NCBI GenBank assembly: GCA_964532425.1
Contig: CAZHIA010000009.1
Coordinates: 1-62,451 of the forward strand
DNA length: 62,451 bases
Source: an uncultured Candidatus Saccharibacteria bacterium
GTDB lineage: Bacteria > Patescibacteriota > Doudnabacteria > UBA920
Reading direction: 5' to 3'
Within the stretch, counting starts at the first letter, position 1; each line of letters starts with the position of its first letter. Of this stretch, positions 9,064-17,615 are shown piece after piece. A program made the translations under genes and the position numbers. A model generated the notes under the pieces. It worked only from the letters and a program-made list of their open reading frames with translations. It was not told the DNA's origin and ran no database searches.

Positions 9064-10218
9064 TTATTCTTCCTGCTTCGCTTCTTCGGCCCCTGCATCG
9101 ATTGACTCCTGCTCAACAGTCCCTTCCGGCGTTACTACCACTTCTTCGCGCTTGGCAGGATCTTCGCTGACCTCACCGGAAATTTTTTCACCATTGATAT
9201 CAATCTTCCAACCAGTAAGGCGGGCAGCGAGACGGACATTCTGGCCGGCTTTGCCAATAGCCAGGGACAACTGATCTTCTAGGACGCCAACCTTGGCTTC
9301 CTTGTTGTCCTCATCCAGCTGAACATTCAGGATCTTGGCCGGGGACAAAGAATTGGCAATGAATTTGACCGGGTCATCGCTCCACTCGATAATGTCGATC
9401 TTCTCTCCCCCTAATTCTGCCATGACGGTCTGAACGCGGCTGCCTTTCTGGCCGACACAGGAACCAATCGGATCCACACCTTCTTCCGTAGAAAAAACGG
9501 CGATCTTGCTGCGAGAACCAGCCTCGCGGGCTACAGCTTTAATCTCAACGCTCCCATTGTAGATCTCCGGAACTTCCAGTTCGAACAGTTTTCTCACCAT
9601 GTCAGGATGGCTGCGGGACAGCGTGATCTTCGGACCCTTAGTGGCAGGCTCGACGTGCAAAACCAGTACCTTCATGCGCTGGCCGAGCGTATACTTTTCG
9701 CCGCGGATCTGCTCGGATGGGAACAGCACGCCGGTAGCTTTGCCCAAATCAATAAGTATCGTGTCGCCTTCAATACGCTGGACGATACCGTTCATGAGCG
9801 TGCGTTCTTTAGCCTTGTATTCGGAGAATTGCACGTTGCGTTCGGCCTCGCGCAGCTTTTGGATAATGACCTGCTTGGCAGTCTGGGCAGCGATGCGCCC
9901 GAAGCTCGTACCGCTTTTCGGAGTAATGTCAGTCTTAATTTCATCGCCAATTTTAGCATTCTTCTTGAATTCTTGAGCCCCTTCGACATCCAGCTCCTTT
10001 TGAGGATCTTCCACGATTTCTACCACGGTCTTAACGTCAAAAACCTTGGTCGCCAAATTCTCAGGATCAAATTCCACGACGACATTCTGATTCTTTTCGC
10101 CGTAATCCTTACGAAAGGCGGCTGCCAAAGAAGCCTCGATCATGGCAATGATTTCATCGCGGCTAATACCTTTTTCTTCTGCAATCTGGTCTAACGCTTG
10201 CTCGAGTTGTTCGTTCAT
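9064..10218 (-). CDS. nusA: transcription termination/antitermination factor NusA
   Basis: NusA N-terminal domain, S1 and two KH regions (GIVQRIEGDTILIDLG, VGQKGSRVQTVM, AIGKAGQNVRLAARLTGW). Confidence 0.95.
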   Translation of the reverse strand: MNEQLEQALDQIAEEKGISRDEIIAMIEASLAAAFRKDYGEKNQNVVVEFDPENLATKVFDVKTVVEIVEDPQKELDVEGAQEFKKNAKIGDEIKTDITPKSGTSFGRIAAQTAKQVIIQKLREAERNVQFSEYKAKERTLMNGIVQRIEGDTILIDLGKATGVLFPSEQIRGEKYTLGQRMKVLVLHVEPATKGPKITLSRSHPDMVRKLFELEVPEIYNGSVEIKAVAREAGSRSKIAVFSTEEGVDPIGSCVGQKGSRVQTVMAELGGEKIDIIEWSDDPVKFIANSLSPAKILNVQLDEDNKEAKVGVLEDQLSLAIGKAGQNVRLAARLTGWKIDINGEKISGEVSEDPAKREEVVVTPEGTVEQESIDAGAEEAKQEE

Positions 10219-10222
10219 AATT

Positions 10223-10356
10223 CACAGATGCGCAGATATCACAGATTTCACAGATCTGTATGTCCGGCATCCTTTCTTGTGTCCATAGACCGTACACATA
10301 TATGGCGATACTTTGCATTCCAGTATCTGTGCCATTACTGTGATTCGTGATCAGTG
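10223..10356. repeat. word-repeat inverted repeat, family cacagat/atctgtg
   Basis: cacagatgcgcagatatcacagatttcacagatctgt (10223-10259) versus agtatctgtgccattactgtgattcgtgatcagtg (10322-10356). Starts 5 nt from the nusA ATG. Confidence 0.7.
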
Positions 10357-10395
10357 GACAATATTTAATTGTTATTCAATTGTCACAGTTGAAGC

Positions 10396-10497
10396 GATCC
10401 GAATTCACGAATGCCATCCCCGCCCGTACTGATCGGTACGTTCGGGGGGCGAATGTTCCGAATGGTCCCAATTCGGGGCATTCGGATACAATTCGTT
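10396..10497. repeat. word-repeat inverted repeat, family ccgaat/attcgg
   Basis: gatccgaattcacgaatgccatccccgcc .. ggggggcgaatgttccgaatggtcccaattcggggcattcggat, with a central cgtac..gtacg hairpin. Confidence 0.6.
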
Positions 10498-10561
10498 GTT
10501 TCGGGTCGGATTTTATCAAAAAAAGACGAGCCAAAGCCCATCTTGATGTGTTCTCGGGATC

Positions 10562-11035
10562 CTAGTCCCAGTCCTCAACTGCATTCGGTATAATTGTAAC
10601 AGATTTATCCAATTTGTCAAGCGAACCTTTCACCACATATTTCCGCTGTCCTTCCACCTTCACGGGTTCCAGTTGGCCCATATCGTTCAGAATAATCACT
10701 GCAACATCAATTTGAGGCTGAAGCATCCGGTACTCAGGTTCTTTGAGTAAAAAAATCTTAATGGCCTTAAGCAGTTTTGCTTGCTTATACCGGTCGACTG
10801 ATTCCGCGGCTGTACCATGGAAATCGGCTTCCGTTGACCTGGTTTTTACCTCGACAAAAATGACTCTCCCGCTCCCGGCAGCGATAAAGTCAACCTCCCC
10901 GAGCCGCTTGCCTTTGCGGTTAAAAAAATTCGCGGCTATAACACTATAGCCGCGATGTTTGTATTCGATTTGAGCAATCTCTTCGCCAATCTGGCCAAGG
11001 GTCTTTGGTTGCACTGGTTTGAACCAATTGAACAT
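10562..11035 (-). CDS. YraN family (UPF0102) endonuclease-like protein
   Basis: GEEIAQIEYKHRGYSVIAANF..GEVDFIA..VIFVEVKTR core, with a longer C-terminal tail than usual. Confidence 0.8.
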   Translation of the reverse strand: MFNWFKPVQPKTLGQIGEEIAQIEYKHRGYSVIAANFFNRKGKRLGEVDFIAAGSGRVIFVEVKTRSTEADFHGTAAESVDRYKQAKLLKAIKIFLLKEPEYRMLQPQIDVAVIILNDMGQLEPVKVEGQRKYVVKGSLDKLDKSVTIIPNAVEDWD

Positions 11036-11038
11036 ATT

Positions 11039-11140
11039 TCTACAAATCTACGGATGTATCCTAATCTACAAATACCTACAAATACCCATTGGTGTTATTT
11101 GTAGGTATTTGTAGATTTGTGCCATCTGTAGATTAGTAGT
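11039..11140. repeat. word-repeat inverted repeat, family ctacaaat, with a perfect 22-bp stem
   Basis: aatctacaaatacctacaaata (11063-11084) is the exact reverse complement of tatttgtaggtatttgtagatt (11096-11117). 11-nt loop. Starts 4 nt from the yraN ATG. Confidence 0.9.
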
Positions 11141-11141
11141 T

Positions 11142-11543
11142 TTATTTCGGCAGGTACTTCAGCTTCATCTGTTCCTTTTCCCACTCGGAGCGCTCCGCCC
11201 GATAGCGCTTGGCCAGGTCCACAAGAATGAAAACGAGCCAAACCAGGCCGATGAGCAGCAGGAACAAAGCCACGAAATGACTGCCGAAGAATTTGATGTA
11301 TTCGTAACGGGCGCCGTACCAGGCAATCTCAAGCAATCCTATAGTCAGAAACAAGTTGTAAAATCGGTTGCGAATCCTCTTGTCGGCCGGCGTAGGAGCC
11401 AGGCGTGATGCAATCTTCATGACAATGGCCAATGCCACCCCAATGATCCCCAAAGTCAGAAAAACCTTGTCCGAACGGGTAAGCATTACACGGTTGATGG
11501 TAAAAAGATAATCAAGATTGACCAGTTTCTTAAAATTGAACAT
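11142..11543 (-). CDS. hypothetical membrane protein (4 predicted helices)
   Basis: 133-aa ORF with hydrophobic segments and a basic C-terminal tail. No family recognised. Confidence 0.6.
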   Translation of the reverse strand: MFNFKKLVNLDYLFTINRVMLTRSDKVFLTLGIIGVALAIVMKIASRLAPTPADKRIRNRFYNLFLTIGLLEIAWYGARYEYIKFFGSHFVALFLLLIGLVWLVFILVDLAKRYRAERSEWEKEQMKLKYLPK

Positions 11544-11594
11544 AAATTAATTGAGCAAAATTAAATAAAATTGAACAAAATTGACAAAATTAAC
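11544..11594. repeat. tandem word repeat, family ttgacaaaat (single arm)
   Basis: aaattaattgagcaaaattaaataaaattgaacaaaattgacaaaattaac, starting at the nucleotide after the 11543 start codon. Confidence 0.7.
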
Positions 11595-11701
11595 TGCAAA
11601 AACAGTGTTTTGCCTATTAAATCACACGGGTATTATAAAAGAAAAACCCCCGGGTGTCGAGAGGCTTTTTGCAGCTAACTTTAGCAAATTTACAAATGAA
11701 T

Positions 11702-11780
11702 GCCAATATACAGATACCTACAAATCTCTCCTGGGCAAATCCGTAGTTATCTGTAAATTTGTCATTATCTGTATATTGGC
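11702..11780. repeat. inverted repeat with a perfect 15-bp stem and word-containing loop
   Basis: gccaatatacagata (11702-11716) pairs with tatctgtatattggc (11766-11780). The loop contains the words cctacaaat and ccgtag. Confidence 0.85.
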
Positions 11781-11816
11781 ATCATATTCCATTGAACAAA
11801 CACCAAATAGTCAACA

Positions 11817-12350
11817 TTATTTCCTGAACAACACGGCGTAATGGTAGCTATCCGCATTAATATCTTTCACCTTGGAGAACCCATGCTGCATAAGCATGAC
11901 TTCCAGGGCGGTTTGGTCGATGCGCTTCGCAATGGGGGGACCGAACGGGGTCAGCTGCTTCTTCCACTCCACGACCAGAATCCCGCTGTCATTGGTCAGT
12001 ATCTGGTAGGCATTCTTTAGGAGCTGGTCCCGATTTGAAATTTCATGCAAAATATTTCCCACAATCACCAGATCGACCGAACCGGCCGGCACCTGCTCAT
12101 CGGTGACCGGCTTGGCCAAATCCGCCTGCACTACCCGTACATTTTTGTATCCCATTTGCTTAGTGATCGAACTGGTGGCTTCCAGCTTTGCCGGGAGCAA
12201 ATCCAATGCATACACCAAGCCTTCGGGTCCAACCAGTTGGGCGGCCGGCAGGGCGTAAAACCCGCTCCCGCAGCCCAAATCCGCCGCGGTCATTCCGCGA
12301 CTTAATCCCGTTTCTGCTACGACGATTGCTGGATTGATGAATTTACTCAT
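11817..12350 (-). CDS. class I SAM-dependent methyltransferase
   Basis: AADLGCGSGFYALPAA motif I and VYALDLLP motif II. Confidence 0.8.
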   Translation of the reverse strand: MSKFINPAIVVAETGLSRGMTAADLGCGSGFYALPAAQLVGPEGLVYALDLLPAKLEATSSITKQMGYKNVRVVQADLAKPVTDEQVPAGSVDLVIVGNILHEISNRDQLLKNAYQILTNDSGILVVEWKKQLTPFGPPIAKRIDQTALEVMLMQHGFSKVKDINADSYHYAVLFRK

Positions 12351-12387
12351 TTTTGTTTCAAATACAACACTTAGATAATTTCCAATC

Positions 12388-12477
12388 TAGTTCTCTCGCG
12401 GATACGCGAACCTCGCGGAAACCAGATCACTTTAGCCAGCGGCATCCGCGAAATCCGCGTATCCGCGAGATAACTAT
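12388..12477. repeat. word-repeat inverted repeat, family atccgcg (copy 1)
   Basis: tagttctctcgcggatacgcgaacctcgcgg .. tccgcgaaatccgcgtatccgcgagataactat. Its termini are shared with the 13281-13372 copy. Confidence 0.85.
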
Positions 12478-12484
12478 TCAAAGC

Positions 12485-13279
12485 CTACACTTCCTGATAC
12501 AGCTTCTCAATCCTTACCGCCTTTGGTCCATCCGTTTCTACCAGCACCCCATTAATGCATGCCAACCCCTCTTCTTCCGGCTCCATTTTAAATTTCCCTT
12601 TTTCCAAAAATAGGTCCAATGAATTTTGTATCTGTACCCCGATAACGGAGTTTACCGGACCGGTCATGCCGACATCGGTAATGTACGCCGTGCCGCCGGG
12701 AAGGATCGTTGCGTCAGCCGTCGGTATGTGGGTATGAGTACCGACTATCGCTGTAACTCTGCTATCGAGGTAGCGTCCTAATGCGATCTTTTCGCTGGTT
12801 GCTTCCGCATGAAAGTCTACTAGTATTATATCACCTTTTTGGCTTTGCTCACGGAGGATATCATCCATGCAAAAAAATGGGTTCTTGACGTCGCCGTCGT
12901 ACAACCGGTCAAAAAAAACTTTGCCATTCATATTAATGACCAAATACGACTGCTCATTGATGGTAAACCGGTAATAGCCGTGTCCAGGCTGGTTTTCCGG
13001 GTAATTGGCCGGCCGGATCAGCTTGCCATACTTTTCGAAACATTCGGCTGACAAAGCGCCTTTGTCGAAGACATGGTTACCAGAGGTATAACAGTCAATA
13101 TCCAGATTATCGAATTCGGCTAGCGTATTGGGCGTCACCCCTTTACCGTGAGCCATATTTTCCACATTCACAATGATTGCATCCGGCTGAAACTGTTCTT
13201 TCCACACAGGCAAAACCTCCCGCAGCGCCCTGCGCCCCGGTTTTCCTACAATATCGCCGATGAATAGTATTTTTGCCAT
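12485..13279 (-). CDS. ymdB: YmdB-like metallophosphoesterase (TIGR00282 family)
   Basis: MAKILFIGDIVGKPGR, VNVENMAHGKG, DFHAEATSEK, GTHTHIPTAD. Lies downstream of rny, as in Bacillus. Confidence 0.9.
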   Translation of the reverse strand: MAKILFIGDIVGKPGRRALREVLPVWKEQFQPDAIIVNVENMAHGKGVTPNTLAEFDNLDIDCYTSGNHVFDKGALSAECFEKYGKLIRPANYPENQPGHGYYRFTINEQSYLVINMNGKVFFDRLYDGDVKNPFFCMDDILREQSQKGDIILVDFHAEATSEKIALGRYLDSRVTAIVGTHTHIPTADATILPGGTAYITDVGMTGPVNSVIGVQIQNSLDLFLEKGKFKMEPEEEGLACINGVLVETDGPKAVRIEKLYQEV

Positions 13280-13280
13280 A

Positions 13281-13372
13281 TAGTTCTCTCGCTGATACGC
13301 GGATGACGCGGACCTCGCTGTACGAGATTCTCCGCGCCATCCGTGAAGTCCGCGTATCCGCGAACTAACTAT
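13281..13372. repeat. word-repeat inverted repeat, family atccgcg (copy 2)
   Basis: tagttctctcgctgatacgcggatgacgcgg .. tccgcgccatccgtgaagtccgcgtatccgcgaactaactat. Overlaps the rny stop codon and starts 2 nt from the ymdB ATG. Confidence 0.85.
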
Positions 13373-14907
13373 CTTGCGTATTCAATTACTCTAGTCTCGC
13401 GTATAACATGCACCTTGATCTCGCCAGGGAACTTCAACTCATTCTCTAACCGGTTGGCTATTTCGCGAGCGATCTTCTGACACCCATAGTCATCCAGCTT
13501 CTCCGGCTTGACGAATACGCGAATCTCACGACCACCTTGGATGGCGTATGTCTTTTCCACACCTTCGAAACTATTAGCGATGTTCTCCAGGTCGGTCAGG
13601 CGCTTGATGTAATTCTCAAGCGTGTCTTTTCTGGCACCCGGCCTACTGCCGGAAATATTGTCACAGGCATCGACAATAATGGCTTCCACGCTCTCAGCCT
13701 CTTCCGTTTTGCCTGTCACATCCGTGTCATGGTGGTGGGAAGTAATAGCTTCAATGACGCGCTTGTCGAGGTTGAACTTTTCGGCAATCTTCCGTCCTAG
13801 CTCCACATGAGTGCCTTCCAAGTCCTGGTCCAAAGCTTTGCCAATATCATGCAGTAATGCACCCTGCTTGGCGATCTGCACGTCTGCCCCCAGTTCTTCA
13901 GCCATGAGCGCAGCGAGCTTGCCCATCTCCACGCTGTGGCGGAGAATATTCTGGCCATACGATGTCCTGAACATCAGGCGGCCAATAAGGTGGACAAGTT
14001 TGGGAGGAAATGAGGCAATTCCGAGCTCATATACTGCCTGTTCACCGGCAGCCTTGATCTGTTCATTAATTTCAGCCTTGCTTTTCTCGTAAGCCTCTTC
14101 AATGCGGGCCGGATGAATGCGTCCGTCGGCCAGCAATTTCTCCAAGGTAAGCTTGGCAATGTGGCGGCGAATGGAATTGAATCCCGAAATAACTACGGTA
14201 TCAGGGCTGTCATCAATAAGAATTTCCACGCCCATCATTTGCTCGAATGCTCGAATGTTGCGACCTTCCTTGCCGATGATGCGGCCTTTCATCTCTTCGC
14301 TCGGAATCTGGACCGTGGTGGTCGTGGTTTCTGCAGTCACTTCCGAAGCGACGCGCTCGATGGCCTGGGCTACGATTCGACGGGCTTCGCGCTCCGCCTC
14401 GTCATGGGCGCTGGCCACGAGCTTTCTGTGCAGCTGGACCATTTCATCTTTGACCTGGCGTTCGGCATTATTGAGCAGCACCTGAGCCGCTTCCTCGCGG
14501 GTCATTTGCGCGATCTTTTCCAGATTGGCAATTTGCTTGGCTTTGAGTTCGCGAATCTCTTCCTGGATCTGCTTAATCTCTTGCGCTTTGCGCTCCGTAT
14601 CTTCGCGCTGCCGGTCCAACTGGGTATTCTTCTGTTCAAGCTCTTTTTCTCGGCGGTCAATGCGCTCTTCGAACCTGACGATTTGCTGGCGGAAATCAGA
14701 TTCCTGCTTCTTGGCTTGGTCGATGATTTCCAAGCTGCGAGACTTGGCATCGAGCAAAAGTTCTTTTTCCTTTGCCTTGGCTTCTTCCAAGATTTTCTCG
14801 GCGCGCTCTTCGGCGCTGCCAACCTTCTTCGACATGATGGACTGCCTCAGATAGTAGCCAACAGCCGCTCCGAGGACAGCCCCCAAAATGATATAAACTG
14901 CAATCAT
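13369..14907 (-). CDS. rny: ribonuclease Y
   Basis: N-terminal TM helix, coiled coil, KH (GRIIGKEGRNIRAFE) and HD domain (LLHDIGKA). Start at MIAVYII (14907). Confidence 0.95.
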   Translation of the reverse strand: MIAVYIILGAVLGAAVGYYLRQSIMSKKVGSAEERAEKILEEAKAKEKELLLDAKSRSLEIIDQAKKQESDFRQQIVRFEERIDRREKELEQKNTQLDRQREDTERKAQEIKQIQEEIRELKAKQIANLEKIAQMTREEAAQVLLNNAERQVKDEMVQLHRKLVASAHDEAEREARRIVAQAIERVASEVTAETTTTTVQIPSEEMKGRIIGKEGRNIRAFEQMMGVEILIDDSPDTVVISGFNSIRRHIAKLTLEKLLADGRIHPARIEEAYEKSKAEINEQIKAAGEQAVYELGIASFPPKLVHLIGRLMFRTSYGQNILRHSVEMGKLAALMAEELGADVQIAKQGALLHDIGKALDQDLEGTHVELGRKIAEKFNLDKRVIEAITSHHHDTDVTGKTEEAESVEAIIVDACDNISGSRPGARKDTLENYIKRLTDLENIANSFEGVEKTYAIQGGREIRVFVKPEKLDDYGCQKIAREIANRLENELKFPGEIKVHVIRETRVIEYAR

Positions 14908-15200
14908 AAAAATCCTACATCCGCTCACGTAGGAAGACTTGGGATAATATGAAACACGGCTAATTTACTAAAATTAGCTCACTTTGGGACTTCCGATATG
15001 GTTGTTACTGACTTTGCGGTCGTTATAAGTAACAAAATTTCGTAAGATAAGGCCCGGAAAGTTCATATTATCCTCAGCGACTTCCAGCGAGTACAGATAT
15101 TAATCACAATATTTCAGTAAGCCCATTCTACCATCATTCATCCGCATTGTCAAAACCGCTTATCTTTGTTATTATTTTCTAAATAAACGTCTTAGATAAC

Positions 15201-15368
15201 ATAATCCGAATCTACGAATGTATCCCTGCCTACCGGCAGGCAGGCAAATGCCCCGAATGGGCTATTCCTCTCCTTTTCAAAGGAGAGGTTAGAGCCTGCC
15301 TCGGACTTGATCCGGGGTGAGGTTATTCGGGGAATTTGGATTGCGAGTATTCGGATCATTAGGATTAT
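15201..15368. repeat. composite inverted repeat with GC-rich inner hairpins
   Basis: Outer pair ataatccgaatctacgaatg .. tattcggatcattaggattat. Inner hairpins are cctgcc tacc ggcagg and cctctcct tttcaa aggagagg. Positions 15207-15249 match the left arm of the 44555 unit. Confidence 0.7.
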
Positions 15369-15372
15369 ATTT

Positions 15373-15954
15373 ATGAAATACACCCTTCCCCCTCTCCCCT
15401 ATGCATACGACGCTTTGGAGCCGTATATTGATGCCAAAACCATGGAGATCCATTATACCAAGCACCACCAGGCGTATACTGACAAGCTCAATGCCGTGCT
15501 CGACAAGCACCCGGAATTGGCAGAACGCCCTATCGACGAACTGCTCAAAAATATCGATCAGCTCAACTTGCCTGAGGCGGACCGCACCGCGCTCCGCAAC
15601 AACGGCGGCGGGTACGTAAACCATAATTTCTTTTGGAACATCATGGACCCGAGCCTGCAAAAAGACGTGAATCTGGAGACCGATATCATGGCGGAGTTCG
15701 GTACGCTTGATGACTTTAAGAAAAAATTTAGCGATGCAGCAGCGTCCCGGTTCGGTAGCGGCTGGGCCTGGCTCGTTCGCAACAACGAAGGCAAGCTCGA
15801 GGTCTACTCCACTGCCAACCAAGATTCCCCCCTCATGCAAGGACACACCCCATTGCTCACACTCGATGTCTGGGAACACGCCTATTATCTCAAATACCAA
15901 AACCGCCGCCCGGAATACATCGATGCCTGGTGGAACACGGTCAAGCTGATCTAG
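15373..15954 (+). CDS. Fe/Mn superoxide dismutase
   Basis: [28 protein letters not shown] and [19 protein letters not shown]. Confidence 0.95.
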   Translation: MKYTLPPLPYAYDALEPYIDAKTMEIHYTKHHQAYTDKLNAVLDKHPELAERPIDELLKNIDQLNLPEADRTALRNNGGGYVNHNFFWNIMDPSLQKDVNLETDIMAEFGTLDDFKKKFSDAAASRFGSGWAWLVRNNEGKLEVYSTANQDSPLMQGHTPLLTLDVWEHAYYLKYQNRRPEYIDAWWNTVKLI

Positions 15955-16057
15955 CCGAACAAATCCATAAGTCTAAATTCATCATATAGATCCTATAGGT
16001 CTTATACGTCCCATGGGTCCTATAAATCCTCCGCATCCCAGAAGACGTATGCCAATA

Positions 16058-16085
16058 TTAAAACTCCCCATACGGGGAGTTTTTA
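16058..16085. terminator. bidirectional terminator between sod and rplS
   Basis: aaaactcccc atac ggggagtttt. The recA terminator (50871-50895) has the same stem with a different loop. Confidence 0.75.
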
Positions 16086-16096
16086 ATTCTTGCACA

Positions 16097-16453
16097 CTAC
16101 TTCTTAGCAGTCTTCTTGGCTTTGCGCATGCGCGGGGTATTGTCCTGGCGGGCGCGGACGTAATAAATCTTGGACTGGCGCACTTCCGGCTGCTTAACCA
16201 CTTCCAGCTTGACGATATTCGGGGAATGAATCGGAAAGATTCTTTCCACGCCAACACCGGAAGAAATCTTGCGGACAATAAAGGTACCATTAACGCCATT
16301 GCCGCCTTTTTTGGCGATGACCAATCCTTCAAAAATCTGGACGCGCTCCTTGCCGCCTTCTTTGATGCGGTTGTGGACCCGGACCGTAGCTCCGGTGCGG
16401 AACTCAGGCAAAGTCTTCACCTGAGATTGCGAAATATGCTTGACGATAGGCAT
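16097..16453 (-). CDS. rplS: 50S ribosomal protein L19
   Basis: MPIVKHI..LPEFRTGATVRVH..ERVQIFEGLVIAKKG..RKIS.GVGVERIFP.HSP. Start at 16453. Confidence 0.95.
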   Translation of the reverse strand: MPIVKHISQSQVKTLPEFRTGATVRVHNRIKEGGKERVQIFEGLVIAKKGGNGVNGTFIVRKISSGVGVERIFPIHSPNIVKLEVVKQPEVRQSKIYYVRARQDNTPRMRKAKKTAKK

Positions 16454-16460
16454 TATACTA

Positions 16461-16538
16461 CCTTTGACCTTTGACATGTGACATTTGACTTTCTGCACTA
16501 GCAGTCGGTCAAAGGTTAAATGTCAAATGTTAAATGTT
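16461..16538. repeat. word-repeat element, family tgacatttgac (copy A)
   Basis: cctttgacctttgacatgtgacatttgacttt, loop ctgcactagcagtcg, then gtcaaaggttaaatgtcaaatgttaaatgtt. The arms are near-identical to copy B at 51977-52056. Confidence 0.9.
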
Positions 16539-17594
16539 CTAAAGTTGATTAACTGCTTTACTTCCTAATTCATTTAAAATTTCCTTCAAATCTGCCGCCA
16601 AGTCCGATTCCGCCTCTATCCATGTACCATCAGGCAGGCGAACTTCGATCTTCTTGGCATGCAGGAACTGGCGAGTCAGGCCGGGCAATTGGCCTTTCTT
16701 TGTACCATATAGTGGATCTCCCACTAAGGGAAATCCGGCGGAAGAAAAATGAACGCGGATCTGGTGCGTTCTACCTGTGTGCAATTTTACCAGAACCAGG
16801 GTGTATTCGTCAAGACTGGTTTTTATGTCATCGCGAGGAGGCAAGGGCTTTATCTTGCCGATGTGGCGATCTTCCGCAGTATAGATTGCTTCGCCCTCAG
16901 ATGCATTCGGTCTCGCAATGACACCAGAAGTCAGATACTCCAACACTCGGTACTCCGTCAAAGACGGCTTAGCCTCAACCATATTTGTTGTGCTGTATTT
17001 GCGAAAATCCGTCTTACTCCGCCCGATCGGCTGGTCAAAGAACCCATGCGGGTGTTCCATCCTGCCGGCGACTAAGGCGATGTATTCTTTCTTAATCCTT
17101 CGCTGCCCAAAAGCATCCTTCAGATACTCATACATATCCTGCGTCGTAGCCACCAGCATGACGCCGCTCGTGTCCTTATCGAGCCGATGGACAATACCGG
17201 GACGACCTTCTTCCCCCACCACTTGAATATCTTTGAAATGATACAGCAGCGCGCTCGCCAGGCTTTCCCCTTTAAATCCTGCTCCCGGATGTACGGCCAG
17301 CCCTGCCGGCTTGTCGATGACAAGCAGTCCGTGATCGTGATATAGAACTTTAAGCGGTGTATTTGTGGCTGTTATTTCGGATTTTGAATTGCGGATTTCG
17401 GGTTGCCGATACTGTATCACATCATCTTTCCTAACCACATACTTACTCTCATTCTGCTCAACTCCGTTGACTGAAACCAGCCCAGCTTCAATATCCCGCT
17501 GGATCTGGCTGCGGGAAATCTCGGGCAAATCGGCCGCAATAGCCTTATCGAGCCGAGTTTTGAGATCTTTGACTTGAAACGAATGTGAGTCCAT
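16539..17594 (-). CDS. RluA-family pseudouridine synthase (RluD-like) carrying a 32-codon in-frame insert
   Basis: S4 domain, HRLDKDTSGVMLV catalytic motif and TGRTHQIRVH. Start at MDSHSF (17594), since the upstream ORF extension has no homology. Confidence 0.9.
   Translation of the reverse strand: MDSHSFQVKDLKTRLDKAIAADLPEISRSQIQRDIEAGLVSVNGVEQNESKYVVRKDDVIQYRQPEIRNSKSEITATNTPLKVLYHDHGLLVIDKPAGLAVHPGAGFKGESLASALLYHFKDIQVVGEEGRPGIVHRLDKDTSGVMLVATTQDMYEYLKDAFGQRRIKKEYIALVAGRMEHPHGFFDQPIGRSKTDFRKYSTTNMVEAKPSLTEYRVLEYLTSGVIARPNASEGEAIYTAEDRHIGKIKPLPPRDDIKTSLDEYTLVLVKLHTGRTHQIRVHFSSAGFPLVGDPLYGTKKGQLPGLTRQFLHAKKIEVRLPDGTWIEAESDLAADLKEILNELGSKAVNQL
16827..16922. repeat. 96-bp palindromic element inserted in frame in rluD
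   Basis: Terminal inverted repeats gtcatcgcgag (16827-16837) and ctcgcaatgac (16912-16922), 10/11 complementary. Inner hairpin ggcaag..cttgcc. Length is exactly 32 codons. Confidence 0.75.
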
Positions 17595-17597
17595 AAT
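17569..17597 (+). promoter_or_regulatory. sigma70-type promoter for the 17616 gene, overlapping the rluD start codon
   Basis: TTGACT (17569-17574), 17 nt, CATAAT (17592-17597). Confidence 0.5.
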
Positions 17598-17615
17598 GAT
17601 GGCATTAAGGGAGGA

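Noticed and set aside
16461-16538. Word-repeat arms as simple promoters, because they contain TTGACA/TTGACC hexamers.
   Set aside because: No consistently spaced -10 element follows the hexamers on the coding (minus) strand. Other word families (ctacaaat, atccgcg, cacagat) lack -35-like words. Clear separate promoters exist elsewhere, such as for ftsH and the KH gene. The idea is not fully excluded and is noted in the findings.
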